From Isurus oxyrinchus (lineage: Eukaryota): a stretch of 64,000 bases of DNA. The DNA is taken from contig JANJGN010000009.1 in assembly GCA_026770705.1 (NCBI GenBank), forward strand, positions 163,928,001-163,992,000. Direction: 5' to 3'. This document shows positions 34,601-44,295 of this stretch, in pieces (within the stretch, counting starts at the first letter, position 1; every line of letters starts with the position of its first letter). Both the position numbers and the translations under genes were made by a program. The notes below the pieces were generated by a model. The model did not search any database. It saw only the letters and a program-made list of their open reading frames with translations, and was not told the DNA's origin.

Positions 34601-37547
34601 CATGGGGCTGAATTTTTCTCTATTCGAGCGGGCGCACACCAGATCCAAACGAGAGTAAAATAGTGCGCGATGAGGTCAGACGAGCGTCTGGACATTATCG
34701 TACACTCTGGCGATATTTCTCTCTGCAGGCACGTGCGAGAGGCGGCAGCACGCCCGCTGACAATGAAGCAACATATTAAGGCCCTTAATCAATTAATAGA
34801 ATTGAATTTTTTGCTGCCGGTCCAACTGTTCAGTTGGTTTGTGGTCAAATCGGCCAATCAGCCTTTGCACTTTTGGCGAAACCTCATCAATGGGCGGGAT
34901 GGGGTTTTGACCAGTGATTAAAGCAAAAACTTTGAGAACTCGTATTTAAATGGCCATGGTCATTTGCAAAGTCACATGAGGGGACATGTTTTCATTAGTT
35001 TTCAATTCTTTATTTCAATTGTTCAAAATCTTCAGCTCCCTGAGGCAGCTCTGAGACTCAGGGAGCTTTCACTGTCAGCACGCGCACACATGCACAAACT
35101 TGCACGCTTGCCCTCCTCCCACCCTCACGCCAGCAGTGCTGAGCGTTGCAGCGCGTATTATGCACTGACTGTCCATTAATCTTCCAGCCCGTATGAAATC
35201 GATGTTGGGGCCTGATTCGGGGCAGTGGTCGGCTTCACAACCACTCCTGAGCCCACCTGCCATGCCCATCCGACAAGGGCAAAATTCTGCCCATGGAATA
35301 ATTAAGTTGAGTATTGCTGATAAAAAATACATTTGAACAGATGAACAAGGAGCAGGAGTAGGCCATTCAGCCCCTCGAGCCTGCGCCGTTATTCAATAAG
35401 GTCATGACTGATCTGATGGTAACCTGAAATCTGCATCCCAGCTACCCCCCACATAACCTATCACCCCCTTGTTTACCAAGAATCTATTCACCTTCCCCTT
35501 AAAAATATTCAAAGACTCTGCTTCCCCCACCTTTTCAGGAAGAGACTTCCAAAGACTCATGACCCTTGGCGTGAAAAAATTTTGCCTCATCTCCATTTTA
35601 AATGAGGGCGACCCCTTATTTTTAAATAATGACCCCTAGCTCTAGATTCTTCCACAAGAGGAAACATTCTCTCCACATCCAGCCCATCAAGACCCCTCAG
35701 GATTTTATTCTGTTGAAGCAATCAGCACTCTCTTCTCATGCAGTATAAATTGTTGCTCCCTTTATTGTTGGTATTGTTGCAAACTGTCCTGATGAGAACA
35801 AGGCAAAAAGCTTTGACAGTGCGTCTCTTTGAATGAGAAAAATTGGGCCTCTGATTTCTCCCTGTGATGAATTGCTTGACCTTACATCAATGACACAACA
35901 TAACAGGTACTTGTATTCAGGATAGAATTGATCAGTTTTTGAAATGCTCAATCCTAAACACACGGGAGTTAATTTTCTCTTTCACATCACGGGTGTTAAT
36001 CTGTCAGAGTGCTAAATAGAAATTAATGGAATGAAATTTGGGTGCGTTCTCTAATAGACAATCTGTTCTGTCAGACAGAAAACGTCATATGCTGGTAGTG
36101 TAGTTGCTGGTTTCTGGTGTGTGTGGCCTATCTTAACGAGAGAAACTAGTGTTACTCTGTGACTTGCTTTAAACTGCTTTATTAACACTGTATTTAAGAG
36201 AGGTTACAGAGTAGGTATGCCTCCCCTGAGTAGAGTGTTCCATCCTCTCTCCCAGGTAAATAGCACATGACTGCCAATTTCATTGATACATCATGGTGTA
36301 CATCACTCATCAGCATAGCTATTCTATTAACCCATTACACTACAAACCCTTTTGTCATGCTATGTATAATAACCAGGCTGATTGTTCAATCCATGTTGGA
36401 AATCATTGGTGCAATGCAGATGAACACATTTCCATGAATGTGGATCAATGTCAGGTTTAGCACACTTGCAACTCATGTTTAGTTTAGAGATTTTAAACAT
36501 ATTAACCATTCCTTGTTACAGTTCTTTCAACAGTTACATTGTAATTTTTCAGGTACAAACTGCATTCCAAGTCAGCGGAGAGACAAGACTCTCCATTATA
36601 ATCAGGTAAGGATATAAACATTACTTCTCTGAATACTGTTTGGAAATTTGCAAGCTGGTGGATATAGAATTTACTAAGAACTTACAGCCATTCGGCCCAT
36701 CTGCACGAGGCTGGTTTTTATGCTCCACATGAACCTCCTCTCACCCCTCTTCATCCCACCCTATCAGCATATCCTTCTGTCCTTTACTCTCTCATGTGCT
36801 TATCTAGCTTTCCTTTAAATGCAGCAATCCTATTGGACTCAACTCCTCCCCAGGGAAGGAATAAGGAATTCAGAAGAAACTTCTTTACCCAGAGAGTGTC
36901 AGAATCTGAAATTCGTTACTTTAAGTCAAAGTTCAGGCAAAAACCATGAATAAAGCTGGATAAAGCTGGATAAGCAGTTGAGGGAGAAGGTAATAGAAAG
37001 ATATTTTGAAGAGGTTGGATGAAGAGGGGTGGGAGGAGGCTTGTGAGGAGAATGATACTGGTATAGACCCATTGGGCTGAATTGTTTGTTCCTGTGCTGT
37101 AAATAATTTTTAATATCTTGTAATCCTTTATAAACTGATTTATAATAATGGATATATAGCTTTCTCCTCATAACAGCACAAGTCACCATTCAGGCTAATC
37201 AAAAATAAATGCAATCATTTTTTTAATATATTTAGGAATTGGCAGCAGAGGAAGAGGGCACTGTGTATGCAAATGTAAACCACACTCAAAGGAGCTCGGC
37301 AGGAACACACAGAGAGGGAACTGCCGAGTTGAATAATGAGGAAATCACATATGCAGCAGTGCAATTACAAAAGAAATCGTCTACACAGAGAGGTGAAGGG
37401 ACAAGTCACTCAGTTAACAACCCGGACAGTGTCATCTACAGTGGAGTCATGATTCACAACCAGCCCACAAAGAAAAACCCTAAAACTCCATTACATGATA
37501 CTCCCCAGGAATCTGAAATGGCAATTTATGCTACCGTTACTCATTAG
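16636..37547 (+). CDS. Gene A: inhibitory CD300/pIgR-like (MDIR-like) Ig-superfamily receptor, 417 aa; join(16636-16672,18535-18849,30105-30434,32761-32878,34376-34464,36553-36605,37236-37547)
   Basis: All six introns are GT..AG with compatible phases (1,1,1,2,1,0). Exon lengths 37+315+330+118+89+53+312=1254 nt give an open frame ending in TAG. Domain order is SP-V-C2-stalk-TM-ITIM tail. One-to-one orthology is not established, so no symbol is given. Confidence 0.9.
18535..18849 (+). CDS. Gene A exon 2, V-set Ig domain of CD300/pIgR/TREM type
   Basis: tctcctcag acceptor; VSGALWAKKEVTGVVGRAITIECHY..KYWCCGWSRQC..GRISITDNK..DTGWYSCGI; KYWC..C second-disulfide signature; G|gtacat donor. Confidence 0.93.
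19127..19745 (+). mobile_element. Harbinger-type MITE, left part (right part 25190-25350), split by the Penelope element
   Basis: gggctggatattca ... tgaaatccaggcc inverted termini. Confidence 0.55.
19748..25188 (-). mobile_element. Penelope-like retroelement (RT + GIY-YIG) with tandem pLTRs and an inverted terminal segment, in intron 2 of gene A
   Basis: SVLSKGLSF, IKPADKGGAVVVW, LPKIHK, WYIDD, LPFLD (RT; 21028..21999 and 22611..23777); NLVYCIRCSQC...YIGKTKRRL..EH (GIY-YIG, 20402..20806); pLTR copies at about 19750-20300, 22190-22700 and 24108-24460, plus-strand inverted copy at about 24590-25188. Confidence 0.93.
24215..24253 (-). ncRNA. Hammerhead-like motif in the pLTR upstream of the Penelope ORF (further copies about 19859-19897 -, 22295-22333 -, 38898-38936 +)
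   Basis: Minus strand AGTT CTGTTGA T GGGTC ATGAG GACTC GAAA CATC AACT. Confidence 0.5.
25566..25704 (+). mobile_element. tRNA-derived SINE (tRNA-Thr TGT-like head) with a Tx1-like 3' end
   Basis: TAGCCAAGTGG (A box), TTTGTAA anticodon loop, GAATTCAAATC (B-box-like); tail ends aaaagagt at the shared target; absent in copy B. Confidence 0.6.
25719..26950 (+). mobile_element. Three tandem 5'-truncated Tx1-clade non-LTR retrotransposons (25719-25905, 25920-26738, 26753-26950)
   Basis: ORF 26145..26621 (CPF.G..ESV.H....C.RL..LHFSPTLLIYG.PV..EDLLVNLLLGLAKLAINRSR) resembles the Tx1 ORF2 C-terminus; T-rich 3' UTRs end aagag(t/c); units separated by tacatYTYctcaac. Confidence 0.85.
28040..28310 (+). 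mobile_element. CR1 3' fragment
   Basis: CR1 3'-end sequence (aggaatcacttcttcacgcaaag..gctgaaggggctg). Confidence 0.6.
28496..28635 (+). mobile_element. 140-bp solo Penelope terminus with 11-bp TSD
   Basis: ctcattaaaat at 28485-28495 and 28636-28646. Confidence 0.85.
28498..28536 (+). ncRNA. Minimal type-I hammerhead ribozyme-like motif (variant core CUGUCGA)
   Basis: AGTT-CTGTCGA-A-GGGTC(ATGAG)GACTC-GAAAC-GTC-AACT: helix I, helix II, GAAA, palindromic ACGT in place of helix III, GUC triplet. Confidence 0.6.
30105..30434 (+). CDS. Gene A exon 3, C2-type Ig domain (FCRL/PECAM-like motif)
   Basis: tttctttccaacag acceptor; EPVSVPVL..VSVSCESVQGSLPIQYTWY..YYCTASNNQG; G|gtaagt donor. Confidence 0.92.
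31690..32190 (+). mobile_element. DeuSINE/SacSINE1-like SINE (decayed)
   Basis: Deu-domain-like core cagcactgagg..gatgaggtgttaaactgagg..aggtagatgtaaa..acttcaaaaaagtacttcataggct. Confidence 0.65.
32761..32878 (+). CDS. Gene A exon 4, Ser/Thr/Pro-rich stalk
   Basis: ttttgcttccacag acceptor; GPEYFCDVSTTVSPTTHLTSTDIISTTIRSTPSDPENAE; AG|gtacaa phase-2 donor matches exon 5. Confidence 0.85.
33870..34290 (+). mobile_element. DeuSINE/SacSINE1-like SINE
   Basis: tRNA-like head ggctcagtggtaacac..gggttc, core actgagggagtgctg..ctctcaggtgg, L2-like tail. Confidence 0.75.
34376..34464 (+). CDS. Gene A exon 5, transmembrane helix
   Basis: tctgtttcacag acceptor; SLIYIVLGVLGGILVVFAVSLLLYLRQINK with no charged residue in the membrane; G|gtgagt donor. 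Confidence 0.9.
34605..35292. mobile_element. Harbinger-type MITE in intron 5
   Basis: TIRs gggctgaatttt / aaaattctgccc with 3-bp TSD ATG. Confidence 0.8.
35335..35705 (-). mobile_element. CR1 3' fragment
   Basis: RQNFFTPRVMSLWKSLPEKVGEAESLNIFK. Confidence 0.85.
36553..36605 (+). CDS. Gene A exon 6, membrane-proximal cytoplasmic segment
   Basis: aatttttcag acceptor; GTNCIPSQRRDKTLHYNQ; CAG|gtaag donor; supplies the phase 1 to phase 0 bridge needed between exons 5 and 7. Confidence 0.82.
37236..37547 (+). CDS. Gene A exon 7, cytoplasmic tail with four tyrosine motifs and stop
   Basis: tatttag acceptor; motifs TVYANV, ITYAAV, VIYSGV, AIYATV; TAG ends at 37547. Confidence 0.9.
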   Translation, partial: ELAAEEEGTVYANVNHTQRSSAGTHREGTAELNNEEITYAAVQLQKKSSTQRGEGTSHSVNNPDSVIYSGVMIHNQPTKKNPKTPLHDTPQESEMAIYATVTH

Positions 37548-37844
37548 CGAAACCATTCGGGTGGCACATGTACTGCCCAGTGCACTTAACGTTGCATCTC
37601 AGTTGCATTGAATTTCTTCTGCCATGAGCTGTCCACATATTTACTTTAGTCCAATTCTTCCTTTAACTTGGGAATTGTTTCCTCCATTCCCACCGCTCCT
37701 CCCAGTTTGGAATCATCAGCAAATGTAATCAATTCACCTTGAGTTTCAGAGTCCAGGACATTAATGTAAATTAGAGTGGTCCCAATACCAGGTCTTATAG
37801 CACCACACTCACCAGCCAGACCCCCCACCCCCCACACCCCTAGC

Positions 37845-38300
37845 ATTGGTAGCTCTGTTGCTGCTGATTCACAAGTTCCAGGTTTGAGTTCCATGCCGGG
37901 GCTTGAGTGGAAAATTCAAATGTTGACACTCTGTTGTAGTACTGAGGGAGTGCTGAACTGTTGGAGGTGCTGTTTTTTGGGTGAGATGTTAAACCGAGGT
38001 CCCATCTGCCTATTTGAGTGAATGTAATAGATCCCATGGCATTATTTTGAAGAAGAATAAGGGAGTTAACCCCGGTGTCCGGACCATTATTTCTCCCTCA
38101 ATCCACATCACAGAAACAAATAGCCTGATCATTATCACATTGCTGTTAGTGGGGGGTGCTGTGCACAAATCGGCTGCTGCATTTTCTACATCACAACAGT
38201 GACTACACTTCAAAAGTGCTCCATGGGCTGTAAAGCTCTTTGAGACATCCAGTGATTATAAAAAACATGATAAAAATCCACAGCTTTCTTTCTTTTCTTT
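37845..38300 (+). mobile_element. DeuSINE/SacSINE1-like SINE downstream of the stop codon
   Basis: Same core and tail as 33870-34290. Confidence 0.7.
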
Positions 38301-38549
38301 AACACAACCGGCCTAATGGGCCAAATTTGTCTCAGCGTCCAACTCTAGTCTGCAAGTCAGATCGTCATGGGTTACCTCCGGGACTTGATCATACAATCCA
38401 GGCAGATACTTCAGTGCAGTACTGAGAGAGTGCTGCACTGTTGGGACTGCCTTCTTTTAGGTGTGATATTAAACTGAAGCCAAAACAGAAAGATGGGGGT
38501 GTTGAATGGCAAGCAACAGGAAGTTCTGGGTCATGCTTGCGTAGAGACC

Positions 38550-39000
38550 CCCTTTTTTTTTCCCCAATAAATTATACAGATTGTTCTTTTCCCACCCATT
38601 TCCATTATTTTTAAATATTTTAAAATCTTTTATGCTCCCCCCACCCCCACTAGAGCTGTACCTTGAGTGCCCTACCATCCATTCTTAATTAGCACATTCG
38701 TTTAGATAATATCACCAACTTTAACTTTAACACCTATGTGTTCTTTTGTACCATTGTCGCTGACATCTTTTGATGATCTGCTTCTATCACTGCTTGTTTG
38801 TCCACACAACCACCTCTCTCTCTCTCTATCTCTCTGCCCCCCCCCACACACACCTTAAACCAGCTTATATTTCAATTCTTTCTTGGACTCGAAATCAAGT
38901 TCTGTCGAAGGGTCATGAGGACTTGAAACGTCAACTCTTTTCTTCTCCGCCGATGCTGCCAGACCTGCTGAGTTTTTCCAGGTAATTCTGTTTTTGTTTT
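38550..39000 (+). mobile_element. Penelope pLTR fragment with hammerhead-like motif, nested in older repeats
   Basis: Homologous to the pLTRs; caagttctgtcgaagggtcatgaggacttgaaacgtcaactc. Confidence 0.75.
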
Positions 39001-39979
39001 AGAGACCAAAGTGGTCCTGCAAAGCGATCACCCCACCCTCACAAGGACCATCTCTCACTTGTTCATGTTGTTCTTTCCAGAGAGCTTACCCTTGTCCTGT
39101 CATTATCACATTCTGCTTTCTGATCTTAATGTCACCATTAGCACCTCCTTTAGCCAGTATCACTATCAAGAAGACCCCTTTGTCCTTTTGTCTATGACAT
39201 CTCTGGCAATCTCTCCTTTGCCTCCACCTATCACTGATCTTCTATCCACCTTCACCTGCTCCACCTCCACTTAAACAGCATAAATTTCATTACATTTTTA
39301 CTACTCTCTCGGTTCAAGAAGAGTCATTAGGATTCCCTCCACAGATGCTGTTAGACCTGCTGAGTTTTTCCAGCATTTTCTGTTTTTGTTTCAGATTTCC
39401 AGCATCTGCAGTATTTTGCATTTATCTTAGTATTAAACTGAAGACCCTCCTATACCTTAGGTGGATGTAAAAGATCCCATGGCACTATTCAAACAGTTCT
39501 CCCAGTGTCCTGGTCAATATTCTGCACCCAGTATCGAGTAAAGAGATTACCTGCTTATTCATCCAGTTTTGGGCCCTTGCTGTATGATGATTTGTTGCCA
39601 CATCTCTCTGTTTCAAAAATACTTCATTGGCTGTGAAAGGCATTGTATAAATTGTAAGTTCAACTCTTCTTTCTTTTCTAATGAGCATTAGTTTCATTTT
39701 GTCGTTCAAACAATCTTTTTATCTCAGGGATTACCCTAAATACACAGAGTTTTGGGGATGCCCGGGTTGAGGCCTCTGACCCTGTACAAGGAACAGGCTG
39801 AAGGGAACAGTACCATTCCTGTGTAAAGGGCAAGGTTGGTATCCCCCAACAAGCCAGTGAGGGGCTAATAAAATAAATGGTATTAAAATTGTAAGTCCAC
39901 CTCTGTGGAGGGGTACAACTTCAAATGCAATTTGGCAAATACATTTTGAAAATCAGAACACTTTCCAGACTAGCACTTG

Positions 39980-40750
39980 TGCTACACAAGTGTTAGGCAA
40001 TGACCATCTCCAACAAGAGAGAATCTAACCATCGCCCCTTGATGTTCAATGGTATTACCATCACTGGATCCCCCACTATCAGTGTGGAGGCTTACCATTG
40101 ACCAGAAACTGAACTGGACTAGCCATAGAAATACTGTGGCTACAAGGGCAGGTCAAGGTCAGGGAATCCAGCGGCAAGTAACTCACCTCCTGACTCTCCA
40201 AAGCTTGTCCACCGTTTACAAGGCACAAGTCAGCAGTGTGATGGAATACTCTCCACTTACCTGGATGAGTGCAGCTCCCATAACACTGAAGAAGCTGGAC
40301 ACCGTCCAGGACAAAGCAGTCCGCTTGATTGGCAGCACATCCACAAACATTCAATCCCTCCACCACCGACGCACAGTAGCAGCAGTGTGTACCATCTACA
40401 AGATGCACTGCAGGAATTCACCAAGGCTCCTTAGAAAGCACCTTCCAAACCCACAGCCACTACCGTCTAGAAGGACAAGGGCAGCAGATAGATTGCAACA
40501 TCACCACCTGGAAGTTCCCCTCTAAGTAACTCACCGTCCTGACTTGGAAATATTTCACCGTTCCTTAACTGTCACTGGGTCAAAGTCCTGGAAGTCCCTT
40601 CCTAACAGCCCTGTGGGTGTAACCACACCACATGGACAGCAGCAGTTCAAGAAGGCAGCTCAGCACCACCTTCTCAAGGGCAATTATTGATGGGCAATAA
40701 ATGGTGGCCCAGCCAGTGAAGTCCACGTCCCATGAATGAATTTTTAAAAA
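39980..40750 (+). mobile_element. CR1/L2-group LINE 3' end (second family; other pieces 42750-43490, 45490-46290, 49220-49535, 49745-50465)
   Basis: TIDQKLNWTSH..LSTVYKAQV.SVMEYSP.TW...KLDTVQDKAVRLI; AAFDRVWH and QG.VLGPT.F in the other pieces. Confidence 0.8.
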
Positions 40751-41160
40751 AATCCAGTGGGGAGATGTTATTCCTCAAAGAGATCATGAAGGTTTTCGGC
40801 AATATTTTCCCATATCAAACCTATGTTAGTATTTATTTCTCAACTTTACTCCTTTCAATACTTTCTATTACTTGTCATGAATGGAAGTGAAACTAAAGCT
40901 CGTGGGGCACCAATGAAGCAGCTTCTGAAAACATCCCAGGCCTTGTCTGCAGGAGTCACACAGGGGAACTGCTGTAAACCCAATACCAATAAAGAAATGA
41001 CAGAAATATTGGATATCTCTGTCTCAGTTTTTACCAAGTTTTTCACTTGAGGGTGAAGTTAAAAATCATATTAAAGCAGTTGGGATAGAAGGGGAGAAAA
41101 TAATTGACAAAGTAGCAAAACAGAAGGCAGGATGACCCCAGTAGCAGACAGGACGCCCAC

Positions 41161-41513
41161 TAGGTTGCCAACCCTCCAGAATTGGCCTGGAGTCTCTAGG
41201 AATTGAAGATTAATCTCCAGAACATTGCTGTGCGCAACCCTAGAGAAAAATCATTGGGGCTTTAGAAAAGATTGTTTTTTTTTTCATTTTCTTTGAACAT
41301 TTCTCTTTATCAGATATGAAAGTATTGAAAATGGAGGGAAACCATTGTTTGGCTAACAGTCAAGCATGATCCAATTGGGTACTGAGTCATTTTGCTTTCC
41401 TTTTGCCATAGGAAGGCAGTGCATTGTAAAGATAGATGTGTTGGCCAACTAATGGCCTGACCATGAGGGTGCGATGAAACCTCCCAGAATGCATTTAATC
41501 ACTGGCAACCCTA
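41161..41513. mobile_element. hAT-type MITE
   Basis: Termini taggttgcca / tggcaacccta; imperfect 8-bp TSD acgcccac/gcacccac. Confidence 0.6.
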
Positions 41514-42224
41514 GCACCCACTGAGAGCCAAGCCCAGCAGGCGTCTGGAAATGACCTGGGGCATCCGTGTGACCTCCTGTTTTAACTCGCAACTGGAGGT
41601 GCAGTCGGCAACACCTGGGGTCACAAGCTTTTATAACAGTGGATAACTCTCCAGAGTGCGCCTCAAAATGGGGGCACCCTTACGTTCCCCTCTCTGCAGC
41701 AGCAGTGCCCACCTCTGCCAGTGGAATTGCACCCCTGCCAAGGCTGCAGGCCCTTTAGCCTGCCCGCCTTCCTCAATTGGATGATAGGCCCGGGTGTGGA
41801 TTCTTAATTGGCTGCCTCCAGGAAGGTCTCTCAGGCAGACACATGGGTCGAGAGCCAAATATGGTCCCACGTTTTGATTATTTTTAAAGGGCACAAGATT
41901 CTGCCCAAGGTGTGCAGCCCTCTGAGGGCAATTACTTCTGATGTAAAATACTGCCACTCACATCTTGTAAAGGAAATTCTTCATTTATTCTCTTACCTAT
42001 GAGCAGGAAACATGAATTTTAGTCAGGGTTTGTTGTCCTGAATTTTGCAGTTACTTTGGAGTTCTGAGATTGGTACATCTAGAAAAACTTGAAGTGAACT
42101 CATTAGCTTCATGATAAGCTCACCGTATGGACTGGTTCTCTGACTGCTCAGAGGCCTGATTTGATGGTTCTTCAAGGGTTTACCAATGTCTGACTAAAGT
42201 ATATATTATTGATCCAGCTCTACC

Positions 42225-42408
42225 CCCCACCCCCTTAAACCAGCTTATATTTCACCTCTTTTCTATTTTTACTTAATTCTGTTGAAGATACATACGGACT
42301 CAAAACGTTAACTGTGTTCCTCTCTGCAGATGCTGCCAGACCTGCTGAGTTTTTCCAGGTATTTTTATTTTTGTTTTGGATTTCCAGCATCCGCAGTTTT
42401 TTGATTTT
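42225..42408 (+). mobile_element. Short Penelope terminus with degenerate hammerhead motif
   Basis: pLTR homology; tatatattatt on both flanks. Confidence 0.65.
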
Positions 42409-43578
42409 ATATATTATTCCATCCAAAGTAAAAGAAGCTATTTAATAAGAATTTCTGTTCGGTGCTCTTGCATTGATATCAATGTGGTTTACATTTGTAG
42501 AAGGAAAACAGAAATTACAAAATAACTTTGTAGAACAGAAAATTTAAATTTTCTGTCTAATTTCTTGCTTCTTGGAGATTTTCTTTACATCTGTTGAAAT
42601 ACCTACAGTCGTTTCTGTTAAACAGCTGTGAAAATCACCTTAATGTGAACATTAGATTTAGATCTTTCATTCTCTATTTTTGTTTCAGTGAGAATAAGCG
42701 AAAATCTTTGTTCCTCATTAATACTGGGAATACATATTATTCAACATTTTTATTCAATCATGGGATGTGGGCATCACTGGCTGGGCCAGCATTTATTGTC
42801 CATCCGTAATTGCCCTTGAGAAGGTGGTGGTGAGCTGTCTTCTTGAACCACGGCAGTAGTGTGGGTACACCCACAGGAGAGAGGTTCCAGGATTTTGACC
42901 CAGCGACAGTGAAGGAATAGCGATATATTCCAAGTCAGGATGGTGAGTGACTTGGAGGGAAGCTTCCAGGTGTTGCTGTTCCTATGTATCTGCTGCCCTT
43001 GTCATTCAATATGGTGATGGTCGAGGGTTTGGAAGGTGCTGTCTAAGGAACCTTGGGGAGTTCCTGCAGTGCATCTTGTAGATGGTACTCTGCATTGCCG
43101 ATGGAGGAAATGGATGTTTTTGGATGAGGTGCTAATCAAGCGGAGCTGCTTTGTCCTGGATGGTATTGAACTTCTTGAGTGTTGTTGGAGCTGCCCTCAT
43201 CCAGGTAAGTGGAGTGTATTCCATCACACTCCTGACTTGTGCCTTGTAGATGGTGGACAGGCTTTGGGGGAGTCAGGTGAGTTACTCGCTGCAGGATTCC
43301 CTGTCTTTGATCTGCTCTTATAGCCACAGTACTTATATGGTAAGTCCAGATCAGTTTCTAGTAACCCCCCAGACTGGTAGTGGGGGATTCAGCGATGGTA
43401 ATGCAATTAAATGTCAAGGGCTGTTATTAGGGATGGGCAATAAATGATGGCCTAAACAGTGACACCCACATCCCATGAATGAATTAAAGAGAAATAATGT
43501 CCAGTATGACTTTGACTGAAGTGGAATATTTCCTGATGTTGTAGCTGAAGCAGCTTTAGTTATTAAGATAAACTAAAA

Positions 43579-44295
43579 GGGCAGGATTTTCCTGTGGGTT
43601 TCAGCATCCCAATGTCGGGATCAAATGGAGCTCCCAAGCTGGCACTCATCCCGAGTGAGATGGAGGTGCAATCTTCCCAGAGGCAGCCTGCTGATTTGCT
43701 GCCTCTGTGTTTGCTGTTCTATTAAGGGTGGTCGGCGTCTCCTGGTGCTCCAGGCTCAGTCAAAGGGCTGCCAGTTCTAGAGCCTCAGTAACTCTACTGG
43801 GAGAGGGAGGTGCTACTGAGGCATTTCTGGCCCGTGAGGGTATCTCAATGTGGAGGCACCCTCGCAGGTGAAAATTTAAAGGATGATTTCAGAGGGACTA
43901 AGCTGGTGGGCTCCTTGGAGAGGAGGGGAGACCCTTCTGGTGGAAGTGTCTGGGCCGCAGGTGCAGTCTTTCCTTGGGCCTCCAGCTCGGATGAATCCCC
44001 ATCTTGCCAGCCGGGAGGCTGCCTCATCGAGTTGGGGTCACCTGCGCATGGTGAGGGTCCGCTCCGTTACCGACAAAATGCTGGTAGTGCCACAAAATCA
44101 CCCGTAATTGGGGCCTTAACTATGTAATTGCCTCCCTGCCTCGGCTCTGTGGGCAGCTGTCCCTTGTCTCAGTCTGTCCCTGGGGAAACTTCCTGGCAGC
44201 AGGAATGCATCGCGTGTTGCCCTGATGTGCCATTCCCTATTTTCCTGGCTCCTCGGCCTCCAAGACTATCATAACAAGGCTGGAAAATTCAGTCC
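43579..44295. mobile_element. Harbinger-type MITE
   Basis: gggcaggattttcc / ggaaaattcagtcc termini, AAA on both sides. Confidence 0.7.
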
